Shown here piece after piece: positions 8,784 to 18,168 of a stretch of 64,000 nt of DNA; the first letter of the stretch is position 1; each line of letters opens with the position of its first letter. The position numbers and the translations under genes were made by a program. Origin of the DNA: an uncultured bacterium (GTDB lineage: Bacteria > Patescibacteriota > Minisyncoccia > Moranbacterales > UBA2206); NCBI GenBank assembly GCA_903831805.1, contig CAIKZD010000017.1, positions 12,358 through 76,357 on the forward strand. The letters are read 5' to 3'. The notes below the pieces were generated by a model. The model saw only the letters and a list, made by a program, of their open reading frames with translations. It ran no database searches and was not told where the DNA came from.

Positions 8784-11700
8784 ATGAGAAGAAAATATTT
8801 TTTAAGAATAACAGTAATTATAATCGTTGTTTTTTTACTGGCAAAAGGCCATGTAGCGCACGCGGCTGATCGGTTCAGTGCTTTGACAATCGGGGGATCG
8901 AACAACGATACTATAAACTCTATTGTCCAAACCTCAGATGGCGGTTACGCGGCGGCGGGATATACAGCCAGTTATGGCGCGGGAGGCAACGATGTTTATG
9001 TTGTCAAATTCACATCTGCTGGCGCCCTGGACACGTCTTTCGGCACCGGCGGCACACTGACGCTTGGCGGAGCTGGTGATGATAGCGCAAATTCTATTGT
9101 TCAAACCTCTGAGGGTGGCTATATTGTGGCGGGATATACAAATAGCTATGGCGCGGGAAACTATGATTTATACATAATTAAACTTACTTCCGCAGGCGCC
9201 CTGGACACGTCTTTCGGCACCGGTGGCACACTGACGCTTGGCGGAGCCGGTAATGAGCAAGCGCGTTCTATTATTCAAACGACTGATGGTGGTTATGCAT
9301 TGGCGGGATATTCAGACAGTTATGGCGCTGGAAGCACAGATGTTTATATTGTTAAATTCACATCTGTTGGCGCCCTGGACACATCTTTCGGCACCAATGG
9401 AACGCGGACGGCTGGCGGAAATCTAGATGATGCGGCAACTTCTATTGTTCAAACAACTGACGGCGGTTACGCTATCGCTGGGAATACATATAGTTATGGC
9501 GCGGGAGGTAGTGATTTCTATATAATAAAATTCACATCTGTTGGCGCCCTGGACACATCTTTCGGCACCGGTGGCACACGGACGGTTGGCGGAGCCAGCA
9601 CTGATATTGCAAAGTCAATCATCCAAACAACCGATGGCGGTTACGCGGCAGCGGGATATACAAATAGCTATGGCGCGGGAGACTATGATGCTTATGTTGT
9701 CAAATTCACATCCGCTGGCGATCTGGATACATCTTTCGGCACCGGCGGCACGCGGACGATTGGCGGCACGGCCTATGATAGCGCAGCTTCCATCATTCAA
9801 ACAACTGACGGTGGCTACGCTTTTGCTGGGGATACAACCAGTTATGGTACATTGAGTAGTAATTTTTACATTGCCAAGCTTACTTCCAGTGGTGCTTTGA
9901 ACACGTCTTTCGGCACCGGTGGAACGTTGACGGTCAGTAGTTTCGGCAGTACTGGTGATAATGCAAATTCCATCATTCAAACAACTGATGGCGGCTATGC
10001 GGTGGCGGGGGATCCTGTGGTTATGCACTATAGTGATGGGTTTATTATCAAACTCGATACTGCGGGTTCTATGGGCAGCAGTTGCAGTAATGCGACTGGC
10101 TATGGCGGCGTGCTTGGTAGCGGTGGTGCAATAAATTCCGGCGGCACGCTTAGTAATGGCGGCACCCTTGGTAGCGGTGGTGGTGCAATAGGTTCCGGTG
10201 GCACAATTTCAGAGAAATGCAGTGTTTCTATTTCCCTGCCGACTGTTGCAACCGAAGAAGCTACTGATATTGCTGCTGATGCTGCTACTGCTAACGCTAA
10301 CTTGAGCGATACTGGCGGGGAAAATCCAAATCGTCTCATTCAATACGGCACCACGAGTGGCGTTTATACCAACTCTTGCGCCGCCGGCACTGGCGATGTG
10401 GGGGATTTTTCTTGCGCGATGACTAGTCTCTCTCCCAGTACGACCTATTATGTCAGGGCCGAAGCGATAAATTTCGCTGGAACATCTTATGGTACAGAGA
10501 TGAATTTCACGACCACAGACATCGCTCAGCTGGTGGCTCCTGTCGTAGATTCAGATTCCTCTAATCCATTTGATGATTGTCAGCCGAAGACTTTAAAAGC
10601 TAAAGCAGTTTCATCTTCAGAAATTAAATTGAAGTGGAAGGATAATTGCAGCGGGGAAGACGGCTATATTATTGAAAGAGAAACAGCAAAAGGAAAATTT
10701 AAAAAGATAGATTCGGTCGGCGAGAATAAGAATTCCTATACAGATAAAGGCCTACTCTCTAAAAAGAAATACACTTATAGAGTCAAGGCATATGAAGGAC
10801 ATGACAAAACTGGCCACACTAATAAATCGAGTGCCACAACTTTGGCCGTGATGACACCGACTAAGACTTCCCGGACGCATGTTTCCGAAACGACTCCAGC
10901 TTCAACTGATAATCCTAGTGAAGCAACCGTGACTACGAGTGTTGATACGCTTAATGTTCCAGGCAATAGTAATGGCGAGTCTTTATCGGTGGACAAAATT
11001 AATAAAAACCCAGAGAAAAAAGATTCTATCATAGCGCAAGAAGGGAAACTCTTGGGCGATTTTATCGAAAGTCCTGCCGGTCAAAAAACTTCCGCCGCGG
11101 TTACTGGTCTGGGTATCCTTGTGGGCGCGATTGTGGCGGCGGCGACTAGCGCTATTCCGCTCATAGCATCGTCTTCAGGTGGCGCTCCATTTGCTAGTGG
11201 ATTACCAAAACGCTTCAGTTTTTTCGGAATTATGACTCCCAGAGAAAAGAAAATAAATTGGGGCGTGGTGTTTGATATCGACACTCATCGACCGATCGCT
11301 GGCGCTTTAGTTTCTATACTTAATGCTGAGGAAAGAGTGGTTGATTCAATGACTACTAATATGGAGGGAAAATTCGGGTTCCTAGCGGCTAAAGGAGGGT
11401 ATACCTTCAGGATTTCCAAAAAAGATTACGCACTGTTCACTGAAAAGAATACGGATGATTTTTATGGAAAAATTTATGATGGAAAAATTTTCACAATTGA
11501 AAATGATGATGTAGCTGAGACTAATATCGCCATAAGGTCGACTAAAATTGATTGGCGTGAACTTTCCAAAAGAAAGTTGGCAATATACAAAATGGCGCTT
11601 TCAATTATAGGCAGGCATTCATTGTTGGTTTTATTCTACGGCTGTTTCGTCATTTCAGCCACTATATTGTACGTTTCTCCTTCAACATTTAATGCCTTCA

Positions 11701-12014
11701 CGGTGGCTGTGTATGTAGTTATAATAGCGCACAATCTGTTTTTTAAAGTGAAAAAATATGGATTGATAACCGATCAACGGGGCGAGCCACTGCCGTTTAC
11801 CATGGTCAGTATCTACGCTGGAGAACAGCATGACAGGCGCGCAGCTTTCGCGATCAGTGATATTTTGGGACGCTATTTTGTGTTGGCTAAAGATGATAAA
11901 TATCTGATGAAGATGCAGGGTCAAACGAGAGGAGGAGCATCTTTCGGAAAATCGTTTGATATTAATGTCAGGGACGGAGTCTTTAGGCGGGATGTAGTCA
12001 TTAAGGGAGAATGA
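8784..12014 (+). CDS. large secreted/membrane-anchored surface protein: about 9 delta-60-type repeats (DTSFGTGG, ~58-aa period), fibronectin-III-like domain, Gly-rich linker, C-terminal TM segments and carboxypeptidase-regulatory-like domains
   Basis: Signal peptide MRRKYFLRITVIIIVVFLLA. Periodic SFGTGGT...GGYxxAGYTxSYGAG...YxxKLTSxGALDT repeats, then KLKWKDNCSGEDGYIIERE...YTYRVKAYEG (FN3) and C-terminal hydrophobic segments. Confidence 0.7.
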   Translation: MRRKYFLRITVIIIVVFLLAKGHVAHAADRFSALTIGGSNNDTINSIVQTSDGGYAAAGYTASYGAGGNDVYVVKFTSAGALDTSFGTGGTLTLGGAGDDSANSIVQTSEGGYIVAGYTNSYGAGNYDLYIIKLTSAGALDTSFGTGGTLTLGGAGNEQARSIIQTTDGGYALAGYSDSYGAGSTDVYIVKFTSVGALDTSFGTNGTRTAGGNLDDAATSIVQTTDGGYAIAGNTYSYGAGGSDFYIIKFTSVGALDTSFGTGGTRTVGGASTDIAKSIIQTTDGGYAAAGYTNSYGAGDYDAYVVKFTSAGDLDTSFGTGGTRTIGGTAYDSAASIIQTTDGGYAFAGDTTSYGTLSSNFYIAKLTSSGALNTSFGTGGTLTVSSFGSTGDNANSIIQTTDGGYAVAGDPVVMHYSDGFIIKLDTAGSMGSSCSNATGYGGVLGSGGAINSGGTLSNGGTLGSGGGAIGSGGTISEKCSVSISLPTVATEEATDIAADAATANANLSDTGGENPNRLIQYGTTSGVYTNSCAAGTGDVGDFSCAMTSLSPSTTYYVRAEAINFAGTSYGTEMNFTTTDIAQLVAPVVDSDSSNPFDDCQPKTLKAKAVSSSEIKLKWKDNCSGEDGYIIERETAKGKFKKIDSVGENKNSYTDKGLLSKKKYTYRVKAYEGHDKTGHTNKSSATTLAVMTPTKTSRTHVSETTPASTDNPSEATVTTSVDTLNVPGNSNGESLSVDKINKNPEKKDSIIAQEGKLLGDFIESPAGQKTSAAVTGLGILVGAIVAAATSAIPLIASSSGGAPFASGLPKRFSFFGIMTPREKKINWGVVFDIDTHRPIAGALVSILNAEERVVDSMTTNMEGKFGFLAAKGGYTFRISKKDYALFTEKNTDDFYGKIYDGKIFTIENDDVAETNIAIRSTKIDWRELSKRKLAIYKMALSIIGRHSLLVLFYGCFVISATILYVSPSTFNAFTVAVYVVIIAHNLFFKVKKYGLITDQRGEPLPFTMVSIYAGEQHDRRAAFAISDILGRYFVLAKDDKYLMKMQGQTRGGASFGKSFDINVRDGVFRRDVVIKGE

Positions 12015-12025
12015 TAGATAATTAT

Positions 12026-13492
12026 TTATGCAAGTCTTCCTTCTAAATTCCAAGTATTGACGCGTGTTATCCTAACTTCAAGAAGCTTGCCAGCCAACTT
12101 TTTTTGGCTGGTTTTAATTTTTACATTTTTAAGGGTGCGTGTGTGTCCGAAATATTTACCAGCCCTACCATTGTCTACTAATACGTCAAAAGTTTTGCCG
12201 AGATATTGCTGATTGTTTTTGAGCGCCGACGCGGCTAGAATTTCATTTAAATATTTCTCGCGGCGAACTTTTTCTTCTTTTTTGATGTTATCCTTCAATT
12301 TGAACGCAGCTGTGCCTGGGCGCGGGGAGAATTGGCCAAAATATGACATATCATATTGCACTCGACGCATCACGCCGGCGGTTTTTTCCAGCTGGACTTT
12401 AGTTTCGCCGGGGAAACCGACAATGATGTCGGACGACAATGCAAAAATCTTCTCTGGTTTATTTTTAGCAAAACTATTTTTAATTTTTTCAATCAGCTGT
12501 AAATAATGCGCGCGGGTATAGTGGCGGTTCATATTTTTCAAAATTGTGTCGTCGCCCGACTGGATAGGCAAGTGTACTGCTTCGCAAACTTTTTCCAAGC
12601 TAGTGATGGTTTCAATCAGTTCAGCTGTCATATCTTTTGGGTGCGGCGTCATAAAACGGATCCAAAAATCTCCCGGAATGGCATTGATGGTTTTGAGGAG
12701 GTCAGAAAAATTCACAACATCACCCTCTCTGTCTCGAGTACGAGACATCTCTCCCGAGTACAGGAGAGATGGAAACATTTTGCCCCCTCTCCCGTACTCG
12801 GGAGAGGGCTGGGGAGAGGGCAATGGTTCGTAGCTGTTGACGTTCTGTCCAAGGAGCGTTATTTCTTTAACGCCTGATTTGATGAGCTTTTTAATTTCTT
12901 GCAAGATTTCTTCGGCCGGGCGTGAAACTTCTCGTCCGCGGGCGTAAGGCACGACGCAGTATGAGCAGAAGTTGTTGCAGCCGGTCATGATGGGGACATA
13001 AGCTTGGGCAGAGTTTGCGTATTTTGGAGTGACGGTTAAATAGCAATTGTCATTCTGAGCGGAGCATAGCGGAGTCGAAGAATCTGCTTTGTGGTGTAAC
13101 TGGCGATGATTATTAGTAGATTCTTCGACTTCGTCCGAGTACGGACTTCGCTCAGAATGACATAATAAAAAATTTTCAAGTTCTTGCATGAAGTCTTTGA
13201 TTTCACAAAACAAAGCCACCTTATTTTTCAATTTTTCCTGTATATCTTTCCGATTGGCCAGGCAGCCGGTCAGCACTATTTTTGTTTGCGGATTATTTTT
13301 CCAAAGATTATGGATCTGTCCGTACGCTCGGTCTTCAGCCATTTTTCTGACACCGCAAGTGTTGAAAATTACGATATTCGCTTTCGTAATGTCTTTGGCT
13401 GGCTGGATTTTTTGCGCTTCCAAAAACCCGGCCATCCGCTCTGAATCGCTGACATTCATCTGGCAGCCGAAGGTTTTGATGAAATATTGCAT
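12026..13492 (-). CDS. miaB: MiaB-family radical-SAM methylthiotransferase (tRNA-i6A37 methylthiotransferase-like), carrying two in-frame repeat insertions
   Basis: MQYFIKTFGCQMNVSDSE (MTTase N domain), CNNFCSYCVVPYARG radical-SAM motif and a C-terminal TRAM domain. Adjacent to miaA. Confidence 0.75.
   Translation of the reverse strand: MQYFIKTFGCQMNVSDSERMAGFLEAQKIQPAKDITKANIVIFNTCGVRKMAEDRAYGQIHNLWKNNPQTKIVLTGCLANRKDIQEKLKNKVALFCEIKDFMQELENFLLCHSERSPYSDEVEESTNNHRQLHHKADSSTPLCSAQNDNCYLTVTPKYANSAQAYVPIMTGCNNFCSYCVVPYARGREVSRPAEEILQEIKKLIKSGVKEITLLGQNVNSYEPLPSPQPSPEYGRGGKMFPSLLYSGEMSRTRDREGDVVNFSDLLKTINAIPGDFWIRFMTPHPKDMTAELIETITSLEKVCEAVHLPIQSGDDTILKNMNRHYTRAHYLQLIEKIKNSFAKNKPEKIFALSSDIIVGFPGETKVQLEKTAGVMRRVQYDMSYFGQFSPRPGTAAFKLKDNIKKEEKVRREKYLNEILAASALKNNQQYLGKTFDVLVDNGRAGKYFGHTRTLKNVKIKTSQKKLAGKLLEVRITRVNTWNLEGRLA
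12722..12830. repeat. compound AGTA/TACT-loop hairpin module in frame in the MiaB-family CDS
   Basis: GTCTCGAGTACGAGAC, TCTCTCCCGAGTACAGGAGAGA and CCCTCTCCCGTACTCGGGAGAGGG. Encodes ...EPLPSPQPSPEYGRGGKMFPSLLYSGEMSRTRDREG.... Confidence 0.7.
13048..13162. repeat. MITE-like element family 1 (TIR TGTCATTCTGAGCGGAGC...GCTCAGAATGACA), copy inside the MiaB-family CDS with the reading frame preserved
   Basis: Terminal inverted repeats match the intergenic copies. The ORF is continuous through it (...LLCHSERSPYSDEVEESTNNHRQLHHKADSSTPLCSAQNDNCY...) in the linker between the MTTase and radical-SAM domains. Confidence 0.7.
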
Positions 13493-13547
13493 GAAAACGC
13501 TGTAGAGACGCCCCAACGGGGCGTCTCTACGTTGTTAAATGTTTAAT

Positions 13548-15299
13548 TTATTTTTTTTCTTTAATTTCTTTTTTAATCTTTTCCAAAAATTCTTCAATCT
13601 TCATAGTCTCCTGATTTTCTTCCCCTCGCGTTCGCACAGATACACTATTGTCCGCAGCTTCTTTTTCGCCCATTACTAAGATGTATGGCACTTTTTGTTT
13701 GGCCGCGGTGCGTATGCGTTTGCCAAGCGATTCATCGGAGTCATCAATTTTCGCGCGAATGCCAGACGCGATGAATCGCATCTCTACTTCTTTGGCGTAA
13801 TCTTTAAACTTTTCTGAAACTGGCAGAATTACAGCTTGCACAGGGGAGAGCCATGTTGGGAAAGCGCCGGCATAGTGTTCGATGAGAATGCCCATGAAAC
13901 GTTCGAAAGAGCCCATAATAGTTCTATGAATAAGAACTGGTGTTTTAGCTTGGCCGTCCGCATCGATGTAACTGCAGTCAAATTTCAGCGGCATCTGGAA
14001 ATCCAATTGAATAGTGGCGCATTGCCAAGTGCGGCCGATGGCGTCTTTCAATTGGAAATCGATTTTGGGCCCATAGAAAGCGCCGTCTTTTTCTTTGAGA
14101 CCATAATTCTCGCCGTATAGTTCACCCAGAATTTTTTTCAAATCAATTTCGGCTTTGTCCCAAACGGCGATGTCGCCCATGAAATCATCCGGTCGAGTGG
14201 AGAGATAGGCTTTGTACTCAAGACCAAAAGGTTTATAAATCTTATCCACTAGCTTAACCACGTTCTTAATTTCTTCTTCCACCTGATCCGGGCGGATGAA
14301 AATGTGGGCGTCATCTTGAGTGAATTGCTGCACGCGGAACAGGCCCCCGAGCTGGCCGGATTTTTCGTGGCGAGTGATGAGGCCCGGTTCGGCGTAACGC
14401 AAGGGGAAGTCGCGGTATGATTTCATGGAACTGTTGTAAATCATAATCGCCCCGGGGCAATCCATCGGGCGCAAGGCAAATTGTTTGTCGCCCTCAAGAC
14501 TGGTGACAAAGTACATGTCGTCTTTATAATGATCCCAGTGGCCGGACTTTTTCCAAATGGAGACATCCAACATTGACGGGCAAAGAATGGTGTCATAAGC
14601 AAATTCTTTTTGCGCTTCCATCCAGAAATTTTTCAGCTCATTGAAAATCACAGCGCCTTTCGGATGGAAAAATGGTATTCCGGGTGCCACATCATGAAAA
14701 GAAAACAGATCCAGCTCTTTCCCAATTTTCCGATGGTCTCTTTTTTCCGCTTCTTCCAACATATGCAGATAATCTTTCAGTTCAGCTTTAGCGGCAAAGG
14801 CTACGCCATAAATTCTTTGTAACATCTTGTTTTTTTCATCGCCTTTCCAATAGGCCCCGGAAATTTTGGTCAGTTTCAATGCGTCGGACCTGATTTCACC
14901 GGTCGAATCAAGATGCGGGCCGCGGCAAAGGTCGACAAACGCCCCGGTTTTATACACAGAAACTACGCCCTCGCCGGCTTTGATGAGGTCTTCAATTATT
15001 TCGACTTTGTAATCCTGGCCGGCCCGCTGAAAATCTTCGATGGCGTTGCCGACTGTCATCTCCGCTCGTTCAAATTTATGATCGGCTTTGATTATGACTC
15101 GCATCTTTTCTTCCAAGATGGGCAGGTCTTCCGGAATGAGAGTACGCGGTAGGTCGAAGTCATAATAGAAGCCGTTTTCGATGGCCGGCCCCATGGCAAA
15201 CTTAGCTTCGGGAAACATTTCCAGGACCGCGGCGGCCAAAACATGTGCCGCGCTGTGGCGTAAGATCTCCAAATTTTCGGGCGTGGTTTTTTCTGACAT
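13548..15299 (-). CDS. thrS: threonyl-tRNA synthetase (short form lacking the N-terminal TGS domain)
   Basis: MSEKTTPENLEILRHSAAHVLAAAV..., class II motifs and a C-terminal anticodon-binding domain. Confidence 0.9.
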   Translation of the reverse strand: MSEKTTPENLEILRHSAAHVLAAAVLEMFPEAKFAMGPAIENGFYYDFDLPRTLIPEDLPILEEKMRVIIKADHKFERAEMTVGNAIEDFQRAGQDYKVEIIEDLIKAGEGVVSVYKTGAFVDLCRGPHLDSTGEIRSDALKLTKISGAYWKGDEKNKMLQRIYGVAFAAKAELKDYLHMLEEAEKRDHRKIGKELDLFSFHDVAPGIPFFHPKGAVIFNELKNFWMEAQKEFAYDTILCPSMLDVSIWKKSGHWDHYKDDMYFVTSLEGDKQFALRPMDCPGAIMIYNSSMKSYRDFPLRYAEPGLITRHEKSGQLGGLFRVQQFTQDDAHIFIRPDQVEEEIKNVVKLVDKIYKPFGLEYKAYLSTRPDDFMGDIAVWDKAEIDLKKILGELYGENYGLKEKDGAFYGPKIDFQLKDAIGRTWQCATIQLDFQMPLKFDCSYIDADGQAKTPVLIHRTIMGSFERFMGILIEHYAGAFPTWLSPVQAVILPVSEKFKDYAKEVEMRFIASGIRAKIDDSDESLGKRIRTAAKQKVPYILVMGEKEAADNSVSVRTRGEENQETMKIEEFLEKIKKEIKEKK

Positions 15300-15520
15300 A
15301 AAATTATTATTAAAAATTAAAAAAGCACCAAAATAAAATTAGAATTTCGAGGCCCGATGTTATATCGGACGGTTCCACTCGAATTCCCAAATTTATTTGG
15401 GCGCTCTTTTGACCAGATTTGTCAGGTCTTACAGAAGCTCAGCGGTTGGTAGTCGCGTCAAGGCTTCTTCTTAACAGTAGTCTAATTATACAAAAATCGG
15501 AGAAATAGTCAAATCGAGGG
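15300..15520 (-). promoter_or_regulatory. candidate thrS leader: promoter TTGACT-16-TATAAT plus a degenerate T-box element (AAUUCGAGUGGAACCG) and terminator hairpin
   Basis: On the minus strand: TTGACTATTTCTCCGATTTTTGTATAAT, a stem-I-like hairpin with an ACUACCA loop (Thr codon ACC followed by A), hairpin CCCAAAT-AA-ATTTGGG, then AATTCGAGTGGAACCGTCCGATATAACATCGGGC and a U-rich tract before the ATG. Confidence 0.4.
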
Positions 15521-15589
15521 CCTCATTTCCAATCTTGGCTTGCTTATGCTAGAATAATGGGTGGATAATCAACTTTTTAACATAAAATT

Positions 15590-16987
15590 ATGTATTGCAT
15601 CATTCTTTGCGGCGGATCCGGTACACGTCTCTGGCCGCTGTCGCGTAAAAATTTCCCCAAACAATTCTTGAAACTCTATTCGGAGTATTCTTTGTTGCAA
15701 GAAACTTTTTTGCGCATGAAAGAAGTTGTGCTGGAGAAGAACATCTATTTCGTGACTAATGAGGAAAACTATTACAATGTTTTTAACCAAATTAAAGAAA
15801 TATATCCTGAATTTTCTCAAAGCCAGATCATCAAGGAGCCAAAAAGCCTTAATACTATGCCAGCCATAATGTTGGCCTCAAAATATTTACAAGAGAAGAT
15901 CGGGATATCTGAAATGGCACCGATTATTATGGTGCCAGCTGACCATTATATCGGGAATAAAGAAGCGTATGTGTCTGTTGCTAAAAAGGCGCTTTCCCAG
16001 ATCGGGAATAATGTGGGCACGATAGGAATCAAGCCGACCATGGCGCACACCGGTTTGGGCTATATCAAAAAAGGTGAGAAGATGGGGGATTATTTCAAAG
16101 TCGATAGCTTCAAAGAAAAGCCTGACAAGAAGACCGCTCAAGAATTTTTCACTTCAGGGGATTATCTGTGGAACGGCGGGATGTATCTATTCACTGTGAA
16201 GACCTTCTCCGAAGAGATTAAAAAACATGCGCCGGAAATGGACGTCTTATTTTGTGAAAAGTACGATGTTTTTTTGGAAAATTTTGAAAAGTTGCCACCT
16301 CTTGCGATAGATGTTGTCATCTCGGAAAAATCTGACAGAATGATTACAGTGGAAGGAGATTTCGACTGGAGTGATATCGGAAGTTTTGATGTTCTGGCTG
16401 AAATAGTGCAGAGAAAAATAGACGAAAATCCAAGACATGTCTATGTGGATTCTCATAATTCTTTCGCGCTTTCCGCCAATGATGACAGACTGATAGCCAT
16501 TTCTGGCATTGATGATGTGATTGTCATAGAAAGTAATGACAGTATTTTGGTCCAGAAAATGGGAGAAAGTAATGACGGCGTGAAAAAGGTGGTTGAATAT
16601 CTGAAAAAGAATAAGCGCAAAGAATTGGAACACAATATAATGGGCTACCGGCCGTGGGGGGAGTATGAAGTGCTGGTGGATGATGATAATCATAAAGTGA
16701 AAAAAATCATTGTCTATCCCGGCGCCAAGCTTAGCTTACAATCTCACAAAAGGCGGGCGGAGCATTGGATTGTAGTGAAAGGCACGGCCAAGGTGGTGAA
16801 CGGCGAAAACCTTTTGACGCTGCATGAAAATGAAAGCACCTACATCTCAGCCCATTCCAAACATCAATTAAGCAACCCCGGCGAAACTAATTTGGAAATC
16901 ATTGAGGTGCAGACGGGAGACTACTTTGAAGAAGACGACATCTATCGTTATGAAGACGTCTATGGTCGTCCGCAGGAGATAAAATAG
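15590..16987 (+). CDS. mannose-1-phosphate guanylyltransferase / mannose-6-phosphate isomerase (bifunctional, C-terminal cupin)
   Basis: MYCIILCGGSGTRLWPLSRKNFPKQFL N-terminal NTP-transferase motif; C-terminal cupin QSHKRRAEHWIVVKGTAKV. Confidence 0.8.
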   Translation: MYCIILCGGSGTRLWPLSRKNFPKQFLKLYSEYSLLQETFLRMKEVVLEKNIYFVTNEENYYNVFNQIKEIYPEFSQSQIIKEPKSLNTMPAIMLASKYLQEKIGISEMAPIIMVPADHYIGNKEAYVSVAKKALSQIGNNVGTIGIKPTMAHTGLGYIKKGEKMGDYFKVDSFKEKPDKKTAQEFFTSGDYLWNGGMYLFTVKTFSEEIKKHAPEMDVLFCEKYDVFLENFEKLPPLAIDVVISEKSDRMITVEGDFDWSDIGSFDVLAEIVQRKIDENPRHVYVDSHNSFALSANDDRLIAISGIDDVIVIESNDSILVQKMGESNDGVKKVVEYLKKNKRKELEHNIMGYRPWGEYEVLVDDDNHKVKKIIVYPGAKLSLQSHKRRAEHWIVVKGTAKVVNGENLLTLHENESTYISAHSKHQLSNPGETNLEIIEVQTGDYFEEDDIYRYEDVYGRPQEIK

Positions 16988-17471
16988 AATCTTTCAAAAG
17001 CATAAAGCGACATTTCGGTAGTTTTTTGGGAAAATAAAAGAGGACATTATTCGGCACGCGAATAATGTCCTCAGGAGGAAAGGTACGGGCGGAAGATGCG
17101 AGGTTCCAGTTGTGGGAAGTGGAATGTCATTGTTGTTGGCGCTTTATTGTTAAAAAGCGACAACTTGTACATTCACTCAGTGTGGAATGTCTCGTCCTCT
17201 GCCAGTAGGGGAAAGTACTAATTATAAGATAGCATGGGTAACTTAAATTACCAAATGCTTAGGAGAGTTATCCACAGGGGATGGTTGACAGTGATAGAGA
17301 GACACTGGTAGAATATCATTGCAAGGTAATCGCATGCATACCTTGCAATAATAAAAAGTAATATCTGCCAAACTTTCTCACTTCATTATTTATTTTCCGC
17401 CGTCATTCAAATTTAATCTGACGGTCGGTCGTAATAATATAAAAATAGGGAGTGGCGGCGGAAAAAACAAA

Positions 17472-17696
17472 ATGCAAAATGAAAAAGAAAAGGTGCATTC
17501 GGAGATGCTCCGGGCGGGGAAGAAAACTTATTTCTTCGACGTCAAAAAAACTTCCAAAGGCGACAACTATCTGACGGTCGCCGAATCATACACTGACAAA
17601 GAAGGTAAGAAAGTGATTAACCGCCTGTTGATTTTCAAAGATCAATTTGCGGATTTTGGTAATGCTCTCTTGAGGCTCAAGGAATATTTTCAGTAA
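17472..17696 (+). CDS. PUR-alpha-like nucleic-acid-binding protein (DUF3276 family)
   Basis: EMLRAGKKTYFFDVKKTSKGDNYLTVAES...RLLIFKDQFADFGNAL matches the bacterial Pur-like repeat. Confidence 0.5.
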   Translation: MQNEKEKVHSEMLRAGKKTYFFDVKKTSKGDNYLTVAESYTDKEGKKVINRLLIFKDQFADFGNALLRLKEYFQ

Positions 17697-17703
17697 CTTC
17701 TTA

Positions 17704-17745
17704 TGAACGGACTGTCCGCAAGGAGCGGACAGTCCGCTTTTCGTC
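17704..17745 (+). terminator. palindromic GCGGACAGTCCGC-family hairpin terminator
   Basis: CGGACTGTCCGC-AAGGAG-CGGACAGTCCG followed by CTTTTCG. Confidence 0.6.
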
Positions 17746-17775
17746 TGCGTGGTGACTTTTATTCAATTAAAGAAA

Positions 17776-18168
17776 ATGAAAGTTTATAATAAAAATTTTG
17801 ATGAATGGAACGTTTTAAAAAAGGAATTACATAAAAGAAAAAATATTCCCTTCTTTCACGAGCGTGAAATATGGTGGTGCGCACTAGGTTTGAATGTAGG
17901 GTTTGAGGAAGATGGAAAAAATGATAATTTTGAGAGACCGATTTTGATTATGCGTGTGTTTAGCCATGAAGTTTTGTGGGTGTTGCCTATGACGAGCCAA
18001 GATAGAACTGGAGAATATTATCACCAGTTCAGATATCGCGGAGAAAAATATTCAATAATTATTTCCCAATTAAAACTCATAAGCAGTCGAAGATTACTCA
18101 GAAAAATTAGAAAGTTTTCTGAAAGGGATTTTCTTGAGGTGAAAAATAAGATCAAAAATCTTTTATAA
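17776..18168 (+). CDS. MazF/PemK-like endoribonuclease-fold protein (orphan toxin-like)
   Basis: EIWWCALGLNVGFEEDGK...ERPILIM...VLPMTSQ...SIIISQLKLISSRRL aligns with the MazF/EndoA pattern (DVYxADL..GSEQGGxRPVLV...ITSQ...QIRTIDKxRL). Confidence 0.5.
   Translation: MKVYNKNFDEWNVLKKELHKRKNIPFFHEREIWWCALGLNVGFEEDGKNDNFERPILIMRVFSHEVLWVLPMTSQDRTGEYYHQFRYRGEKYSIIISQLKLISSRRLLRKIRKFSERDFLEVKNKIKNLL

Noticed and set aside
8880-10050. Regularly spaced ~174-bp direct repeats, which could superficially suggest a CRISPR-like array
   Set aside because: The repeats are far longer than CRISPR repeats, they are in frame inside a single 1076-aa ORF encoding delta-60 protein repeats, and there are no unique spacer-sized intervals.
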